Shown here one piece after another: positions 37,072-43,228 of a stretch of DNA of 43,228 nt (positions are counted from its first letter, which is position 1; each line of letters begins with the position of its first letter). This stretch comes from Akkermansiaceae bacterium (GTDB taxonomy: Bacteria > Verrucomicrobiota > Verrucomicrobiia > Verrucomicrobiales > Akkermansiaceae). The notes beneath the pieces were generated by a model. The model was not told the DNA's origin. It did not search any database and saw only the letters and a program-made list of their open reading frames with translations. Where the stretch lies: positions 1-43,228 of the forward strand of contig CAIYYV010000216.1 in the NCBI GenBank assembly GCA_903930425.1. The letters are read 5' to 3'. Position numbers and translations under genes: made by a program.

Positions 37072-40000
37072 TCAGGTGTTAGAGGTGGGGGTTTCGGACG
37101 GCGGGGTTTCGCGGGATGCGGCCATTTGCTGATAGTGCTCGAAGCGTTCCTTCACGGATGCCGCCGCCAATTTTTGGAGCATGGCCGAGCGTTCGGGATT
37201 GATGCGTTCGAGCATCTGGAAGCGGGTTTCATTTCGGGTGAAATCCGTGAGCAGGCCTTTGGGGGCCGACGAGTCAAGTTTCATCGGGTTCTCGCCCTTT
37301 TCGGCTCGGCGGGGATCAAAACGGAACAGCGGCCAATAACCACAGGCCACTGCACGTTTCTGTTGTTCCAAGCCCTGCGACAGACTGTATCCGTGCGCCA
37401 CACAATGACTGTAGGCAATAATCAACGAAGGACCGACATAACTTTCTGCCTCACGGAAAACCGACACCGCATGGCCGTCCTTCGCGCCCAACGCAATCCG
37501 GGCAACATAAACAGAACCATAAGTGGTGGCGATCAACCCGAGGTCTTTTTTCGGCAAGGACTTGCCCGCCATGCTGAATTTGGCCACCGCGCCCAGCGGG
37601 GTGGACTTCGATTGCTGGCCGCCGGTGTTCGAATACACCTCGGTGTCGAGCACCAAGATGTTAATGTTTTTCCCGGATGCGATCACATGATCCAACCCGC
37701 CGAACCCGATGTCATAAGCCCATCCGTCACCCCCGATCACCCAAACGCTCTTATCTACCAGATAGTCGGCTATCTGGACCAGAGTGCGGGCATCACGGGT
37801 CGTCTGGCCGGCAAGCGCGGCACGCAGGGCAATCACACGCGCCCGCTGTGCCTCAATCCCGGCTTCGTTCGTCTGATCGGCACTTGTGATGGCGGTGACG
37901 AGATCGTCCCCTAACAGTTTTGCCTGACCGCGCAGGAGGATTTCAGCGAAGATTTTCGATTGATCGAGGCTGGCACGGAAGCCAAGCCCGAATTCCGCAT
38001 TGTCCTCGAAGAGCGAGTTCGCCCAAGCGGGGCCGCGGCCACAGGCGTCCGTGGTGTAGGGCGTGGTGGGAAGGTTGCCGCCATAAATCGACGAGCATCC
38101 GGTGGCGTTCGCAATGAGCAGGCGGTCGCCGAACATCTGGGTCAACAACTTCAGATACGGCGTTTCCCCGCAACCGGCGCAGGCACCGGAGAACTCGAAC
38201 AAGGGCCGCATGAACTGCGTGGTTTTCACATCGTCGCGGAGCATCGCTCGGTCGGGATCCGGCAGCTTGAGGAAGAAGGCGAAGTTATCGCGCTCGGCAT
38301 CGCGCAACGGGAGTTGCGGCACCATGTTGAGGGCCTTGCGGCTCGGGTTGCTCTTGTCCTTGGCGGGGCAGACCTGCACGCAAAGTTGGCAACCCGTGCA
38401 ATCCTCGGGTGCCACCTGCAATGCATAACTCAGACCCGGATAATCCCGCGCCTTGAATTCGGTGGACTTGAACGTGAGCGGTGCTCCAGTGAGACACCCG
38501 GGTGTGAACACTTTGGGACGAATCGCGGCGTGCGGACATACCATCGAACACTTGTTGCACTGAATGCATAGATCTGATTCCCAAACCGGGATTTCCTCGG
38601 CGATGTTGCGTTTTTCCCACTGCGTCGTGCCCGTGGGCCAGACGCCGTCGACCGGAAACGCACTCACTGGCAGGAGGTCGCCCTTACCGCCGAGCATCAC
38701 GGCCGTGACGCGCTTGACGAAATCCGGCGCGTTTTCCGGCACGATCGCACTGAGCCGCACGCTCGAGGTCGGTGTGGCCGGGTAATCGATCTTGACCAGG
38801 TTTTCCAGAGTGCGGTCGACGGCTTCGTAGTTGCGTTGGACCACGGCGTCGCCGCGTTTGCCATAGGTTTTTTTGATGGCGTATTTGATGGCGGCGATGG
38901 CTTCCTCTTTTTCCAGCACACCGGAGATCGCAAAATAACACGTCTGCATGATCGTGTTGATGCGCCCTGCCATGCCGACATCGCGGGCCACCGTGCTGGC
39001 ATCGATGGCATAGAACGAAAGTTTCTTATCGATGATTTGTTCCTGCAGCTCACGCGGTAATTGCTGCCACGCGGTGAGCGGGTCACCGGGCGAATTAAGC
39101 AAAAATATCCCGCCGGGTTTCGCATAGTCGAGCACGTTGATCTGATGGAGCAGATCGAATCGATGGCAGGCGACAAACTCGGCGCTCCGGATCAGATAGG
39201 TCGACCGGATCGGCGTAGGCCCGAACCGCAGGTGCGATACCGTCATCGCACCGGCTTTTTTCGAGTCATACACGAAGTATCCCTGCGCAAAGTTATCTGT
39301 CCCTTCGCCGATGATCTTGATGCTATTCTTGTTAGCACCCACTGTGCCGTCCGATCCAAGACCAAAAAACACCGCCTGCTTCATGCCCGGTGGCACCACC
39401 TCGAACTCCGGATCATACGCAAGCGATAGCCCGGTGACGTCATCCTGAATACCCACCGTGAACTCCTGCCTCGGCGACGCCTTCACCAGTTCTTCAAACA
39501 CCGCCTTGACCATCGCCGGGGTGAACTCCTTCGAGCCCAACCCGTAACGCCCGCCTATCACGCGGATGCGGTGCGTGTCACTCAGCCAACCCGCCGTGTC
39601 GGCCTGACGCAACGCGCCAACCACATCCAGATACACGGGCTCACCGAGCGCGCCGGGTTCCTTCGTGCGGTCAAGCACCGCAATCGACTGCACCGATTTC
39701 GGCAGCACGGCGGCAAAGTCCTCCACCGAAAACGGCCGATAGAGCCGCACTTTCACCACGCCGGTTTTCGCGCCGTTTGCATTGAGCCAGCCGACGGTTT
39801 CGCCCACGGCCTCGGCACCCGATCCCATGATGACCACCACGTGCTCCGCGTCCCGAGCGCCCTCGTAATCGAACGGCCGGTAAGCACGGCCGGTGCGCGC
39901 GGCAAAGGCGGCCATCGCCTCCTTAACCAGGCGCGGCAATTCCTGATAGAAGGTGTTGCAACCTTCCCGCGCTTGGAAAAACGCGTCGGGATTTTGGGCG

Positions 40001-40665
40001 GTGCCGCGAATCATCGGCGCATCGGGCGTGAGTGCCCGCGCCCGGTTTGCAGCGATGCTGTCCTCGTCGATCAGGCAGCGCAGGTCGTCATCACTCAAGA
40101 GCGCGATTTTTGAAACCTCGTGCGAGGTCCTGAATCCATCAAAGAAATGCAAGAATGGGACCCGCGACCGGAGCGTCACCATTTGCGAAATCACCGCGGT
40201 GTCCTGCGCCTCCTGCACCGATCCGCCCGCCAGCATGGCAAAGCCGGTCTGCCTGCAGGCCATCACATCCGAGTGATCACCAAAAATACTTAAAGCATGC
40301 GTTGCCAGGGCGCGGGCCGTGACGTGCAAGCAGAAGGGTATCAATTCCCCCGCGATCTTATACATGTTAGGGATCATCAATAAGAGCCCTTGTGAAGCGG
40401 TGAATGAAGCGCTCATTGAACCCGCGAGCAGCGCCCCGTGCAAAGCGCCCGCCGCGCCGCCTTCGGATTGCATTTCTACCACGCTGGGGATGGCACCCCA
40501 CAGGTTGGTCTTGCCCGCCGCCGCCCACTCATCCGCAAACTCCGCCATCGCGGACGACGGCGTGATCGGGTAAATGGCGAAAAACTCGTTCAGCCGATAG
40601 GCCACGGAAGCAACTGCTTCATTGGCGTCCAGCGTCCCCATGGTGGAGTGAGAGGGTGCGTTCAC
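37072..40665 (-). CDS. nifJ: Pyruvate:ferredoxin/flavodoxin oxidoreductase (single-chain, NifJ type)
   Basis: YPITPSS, EMQSEGGAAG, GLGSDGTVGANKNS, CIQCNKCSMVCP, CTGCQLCVQVCP, ACAGCGE, NATGCSSIYGG and GGDGWAYDIG (TPP). Start GTG 40665 or ATG 40641. Confidence 0.96.
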   Translation of the reverse strand: MNAPSHSTMGTLDANEAVASVAYRLNEFFAIYPITPSSAMAEFADEWAAAGKTNLWGAIPSVVEMQSEGGAAGALHGALLAGSMSASFTASQGLLLMIPNMYKIAGELIPFCLHVTARALATHALSIFGDHSDVMACRQTGFAMLAGGSVQEAQDTAVISQMVTLRSRVPFLHFFDGFRTSHEVSKIALLSDDDLRCLIDEDSIAANRARALTPDAPMIRGTAQNPDAFFQAREGCNTFYQELPRLVKEAMAAFAARTGRAYRPFDYEGARDAEHVVVIMGSGAEAVGETVGWLNANGAKTGVVKVRLYRPFSVEDFAAVLPKSVQSIAVLDRTKEPGALGEPVYLDVVGALRQADTAGWLSDTHRIRVIGGRYGLGSKEFTPAMVKAVFEELVKASPRQEFTVGIQDDVTGLSLAYDPEFEVVPPGMKQAVFFGLGSDGTVGANKNSIKIIGEGTDNFAQGYFVYDSKKAGAMTVSHLRFGPTPIRSTYLIRSAEFVACHRFDLLHQINVLDYAKPGGIFLLNSPGDPLTAWQQLPRELQEQIIDKKLSFYAIDASTVARDVGMAGRINTIMQTCYFAISGVLEKEEAIAAIKYAIKKTYGKRGDAVVQRNYEAVDRTLENLVKIDYPATPTSSVRLSAIVPENAPDFVKRVTAVMLGGKGDLLPVSAFPVDGVWPTGTTQWEKRNIAEEIPVWESDLCIQCNKCSMVCPHAAIRPKVFTPGCLTGAPLTFKSTEFKARDYPGLSYALQVAPEDCTGCQLCVQVCPAKDKSNPSRKALNMVPQLPLRDAERDNFAFFLKLPDPDRAMLRDDVKTTQFMRPLFEFSGACAGCGETPYLKLLTQMFGDRLLIANATGCSSIYGGNLPTTPYTTDACGRGPAWANSLFEDNAEFGLGFRASLDQSKIFAEILLRGQAKLLGDDLVTAITSADQTNEAGIEAQRARVIALRAALAGQTTRDARTLVQIADYLVDKSVWVIGGDGWAYDIGFGGLDHVIASGKNINILVLDTEVYSNTGGQQSKSTPLGAVAKFSMAGKSLPKKDLGLIATTYGSVYVARIALGAKDGHAVSVFREAESYVGPSLIIAYSHCVAHGYSLSQGLEQQKRAVACGYWPLFRFDPRRAEKGENPMKLDSSAPKGLLTDFTRNETRFQMLERINPERSAMLQKLAAASVKERFEHYQQMAASRETPPSETPTSNT

Positions 40666-40772
40666 CCGCGTATCCAATACTTTTAAGACCCCAAGGTCCA
40701 CAAAGCGCAATATACGCCCGGAAAAAAGCAATATCCGCGCGGTTGAAAATCGTCCGGGAACCGGATCAGCGA

Positions 40773-42695
40773 TCAACGACGGGCCGCATCGGCTTCAATC
40801 CACGCCCAGAGACGTTTCTGTCCCTCCGCCACGCGGGTCTTGGCCTCGCTCAAATCACCGCCGGGCGCAGCCTTTCCAAAGAGATAGAATTTGATTTTCG
40901 GCTCGGTGCCAGACGGACGAACGGCGAAAGAACGACCATCGTCGAGGTCCACAAAGAGCATTTTTTCTTTCGGCAAAAAATCTCCCTCTTGGTCATACAA
41001 GTCGTCCTTGGCGAAGTCACGGACGCGGATGACGGCAGAGCCGTCCACGGTGCCGGGCGGGTGATCCGCATAGGATGCCGCAAGAGCCAGGATTTTCTGC
41101 GCACCGTCGGCACCCTCCATCACGAGGGATTTCCCGGATTCCAAGTGATAGCCGAACCGGGTGTAAAGCTCGTCTAACAGATCTGGCAGGGTTTTGCCGA
41201 TCGATTTGGCATACGCGGCGGTTTCCGCGAACATGAGCGCGGCACCGTTGGCATCCTTGTCGCGGATCGAATCCGACCCGAGATAGCCATAACTCTCCTC
41301 ACCGCCAAAGATGAAGAAGCGCGAGTATTCAAGGCGCAATCGCCGGGTTTCTTCCTCACTGAGCGACCGGTAGTCGCCTTTTTTATCGGCGGGTATAGCC
41401 TCTTCGTATTTGCGGAGCTTGCTCGCGATGTATTTGAATCCCGTGAGGGTATCGACCACGCCGACGCCGAATCCATCGGCGATGGCGCGTTGCAACTCGG
41501 TGGTGACAAACGTTTTGACCAAGACGGCGCGGCTGCGATTCGCTTGGGTGATCCATCCGAGGTCAAAGCAGGTCTTGACGCGATACCAAGCCATCAACGA
41601 GCCGATCTGGTCGCCTGTGAGAAGCCGCATGGCCCCATCCCGATCGCGCACGGCCACGCCAATGCGGTCGGCATCGGGATCGGTGCCGATCACCCACTCG
41701 GCCCCGGATTTCTCGGCGAGATCGATGGCCATCCGCAAGGCCGGTGCATTTTCCGGGTTCGGAGACACGACGGTGGGAAATCGGCCATCCTGGATGTCTT
41801 GCTCGGGCACCGTGAGGACCTCCAGACCGAGGCTTCGAAGCAAGGGGACATTGATATGACCTCCCGTGCCGTGCAAACTGGTGAACACCATCTTGATGGC
41901 CGCGCCTTCTAACAATTCAGGTCGGAGCAGCAGCGTTTTGATGCGGGCGACATAACGCGCATCCATCTCCGCACCGAGAATCCGGACCGTGCCGCGCTGG
42001 TCACCAGGCAAGGGGTCATAACTTTCCCGGTTGATCGCATTGACCTCGCGCACAATGCCACTGGCATGCGGCTCGACAATCTGCGCGCCATCGTTGAAGT
42101 AAACCTTGAAGCCATTGTCATGCGACGGATTGTGGCTGGCGGTGAGCACGACCCCCGCATCCGCCCGCAAATCACGCACCGAAAATGAAAGCTGCGGCGT
42201 GGAACGCGGACCCTCAAAAAGATAGGCGTCACACCCGAGCTCCGACGCAACTTTGGCGCAAAACTCGGCAAAATCGCGCGAAAAATGGCGGGTGTCATGT
42301 GCGAAAACCAGCACGGGCTTGCGGGCCGCTCCCACAAACGGCTTCGTGTAGGCGATCAATCCGCGGACGGCGCGGCTGAGGTTGTAATAATTCATGGTGG
42401 CGGTGCCGACGCAGGGATGCTCCGGGCGTTCGTGCGGGCCACCGATCCCCTGCTCGGCCCGGGTGACGATGCGCCCCACCGTACGGCCTCGTAAGCCTCC
42501 CGTGCCAAATGTCAGCGTTTTGAAAAACCGGTCGTTAAGCTCGTCCCAAGCGCCGGCCGCGACCAATTCCCCCACGGACGCAGGGGCGACTTCCTGGGTG
42601 GTTCCCGCAAGCAGCGACAGGATGTTAGACCGCGCGGATTCTAGCAGGTGACCGCTCGACACGGCAGTCGCAAGGGTGGATTCAAATGGGCTCAT
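40773..42695 (-). CDS. Phosphoglucomutase/phosphomannomutase-family phospho-sugar mutase
   Basis: FGTGGLRG, LTASHNP (phospho-Ser), DPDADR (metal), GEESYG and RPSGTEPKIK. Start at 42695 or 42710. Confidence 0.93.
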   Translation of the reverse strand: MSPFESTLATAVSSGHLLESARSNILSLLAGTTQEVAPASVGELVAAGAWDELNDRFFKTLTFGTGGLRGRTVGRIVTRAEQGIGGPHERPEHPCVGTATMNYYNLSRAVRGLIAYTKPFVGAARKPVLVFAHDTRHFSRDFAEFCAKVASELGCDAYLFEGPRSTPQLSFSVRDLRADAGVVLTASHNPSHDNGFKVYFNDGAQIVEPHASGIVREVNAINRESYDPLPGDQRGTVRILGAEMDARYVARIKTLLLRPELLEGAAIKMVFTSLHGTGGHINVPLLRSLGLEVLTVPEQDIQDGRFPTVVSPNPENAPALRMAIDLAEKSGAEWVIGTDPDADRIGVAVRDRDGAMRLLTGDQIGSLMAWYRVKTCFDLGWITQANRSRAVLVKTFVTTELQRAIADGFGVGVVDTLTGFKYIASKLRKYEEAIPADKKGDYRSLSEEETRRLRLEYSRFFIFGGEESYGYLGSDSIRDKDANGAALMFAETAAYAKSIGKTLPDLLDELYTRFGYHLESGKSLVMEGADGAQKILALAASYADHPPGTVDGSAVIRVRDFAKDDLYDQEGDFLPKEKMLFVDLDDGRSFAVRPSGTEPKIKFYLFGKAAPGGDLSEAKTRVAEGQKRLWAWIEADAARR

Positions 42696-42760
42696 GGCGG
42701 GGCCGACCATAAATCATTCCCTCACGATGGCAATCCCGACAGCCATCGCATGAAAAAAAA

Positions 42761-43228
42761 TCAATGCGGAATCTTCCGGGTGGCCGCTGCAATTTTTTCC
42801 GCCCAATCCTTGGCGCGCGCGCCGAATCCACGATCATCGCCGGCATAAAGAATGCCGCGCGACACATTGATCACATCGGGTGCCGTGCGGCCCGCCGCCG
42901 CCAAAGACGCCAGATCGCCACCTTGGGCACCCAGCCCTGGAACCAACAACGGTGCCTCCGGAAATTTCTCCAACACCTCGGAGGCATTCGTGAGTCCTAC
43001 CACATATCCCACATCCGTGAGGCGGCCTTCCGCACACGCCCGGTCACCCAGCGCCGTGACCAACTCAAACACCGAACGACCATCGGCCAGTTTTTGTCGC
43101 TGGAAATCCGCGGAACCGGCGTTCGAAGTGACCGCTAACAGATAGACACCTTTGCCCTCCCAATCAAGAAACGGCTCAATGGAGTCATAACCGAGAAACG
43201 GGTTGAGTGTGACCGCATCCACATTCCA
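42761..43228 (-). CDS. pyrF: Orotidine-5'-phosphate decarboxylase (5'-truncated by the window edge)
   Basis: DAVTLNPFLG, TSN...DFQ, LLVPGLGAQGG and INVSRGI; the frame is open to the window end. Confidence 0.92.
   Translation of the reverse strand, partial: WNVDAVTLNPFLGYDSIEPFLDWEGKGVYLLAVTSNAGSADFQRQKLADGRSVFELVTALGDRACAEGRLTDVGYVVGLTNASEVLEKFPEAPLLVPGLGAQGGDLASLAAAGRTAPDVINVSRGILYAGDDRGFGARAKDWAEKIAAATRKIPH

Noticed and set aside
2595-38571. Long antisense or overlapping ORFs (e.g. 2595-3509, 3882-4751, 21108-21899, 32164-33000, 36233-37132, 36994-37914)
   Set aside because: They are shadows of well-supported genes on the opposite strand, expected at high GC, and carry no recognisable motifs.
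5422-40776. Long N-terminal extensions in the ORF track for rpoA, nuoC/I/J/L/M and nifJ
   Set aside because: They overlap upstream genes or leaders and look non-homologous; downstream starts give ATGA-type coupling and family-typical N-termini.
36074-43228. Pyrimidine biosynthesis operon (pyrF plus 'pyrD')
   Set aside because: The DHODH-like protein lacks the catalytic loop and is coupled to nifJ; pyrF is separated from it by the mutase and PFOR genes, so the proximity is probably incidental.

Overview
GC-rich bacterial chromosomal segment, probably Verrucomicrobiota (inferred from RpoA/RF1 sequence style and gene content, not from a search). It is densely coding; I found no rRNA, tRNA or CRISPR array. 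From left to right it holds: a partial PP2C phosphatase; type II glutamine synthetase; a minus-strand rpoA-rplQ pair detached from rpsM/K/D, followed by a DegT aminotransferase, a Gfo/Idh/MocA oxidoreductase and nagB; a small AP2-like basic protein; an MFS transporter; a KH protein; a beta-propeller lipoprotein / CxxC-GT4 glycosyltransferase / Fe-S flavoprotein trio; and prfA. Next come a GH101 + sugar porter + GH112 galacto-N-biose (core-1 O-glycan) utilisation unit and an HUH (Y1/RAYT-like) transposase bounded by perfect 29-bp inverted repeats. A tightly coupled ~17-kb operon follows: nifJ (PFOR), a DHODH-like flavoprotein, Rrf2 and nuoABCD-I-H-JKL-M-M-N. The window ends with a phosphohexomutase and a partial pyrF. 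The best candidate for a poorly described system is that operon. It encodes a complex I-like pump with no NADH-input module (nuoEFG), two NuoM subunits and a lengthened NuoL lateral helix. It appears co-transcribed with pyruvate:ferredoxin oxidoreductase and with a DHODH-fold FMN protein that lacks the usual catalytic Cys/Ser.
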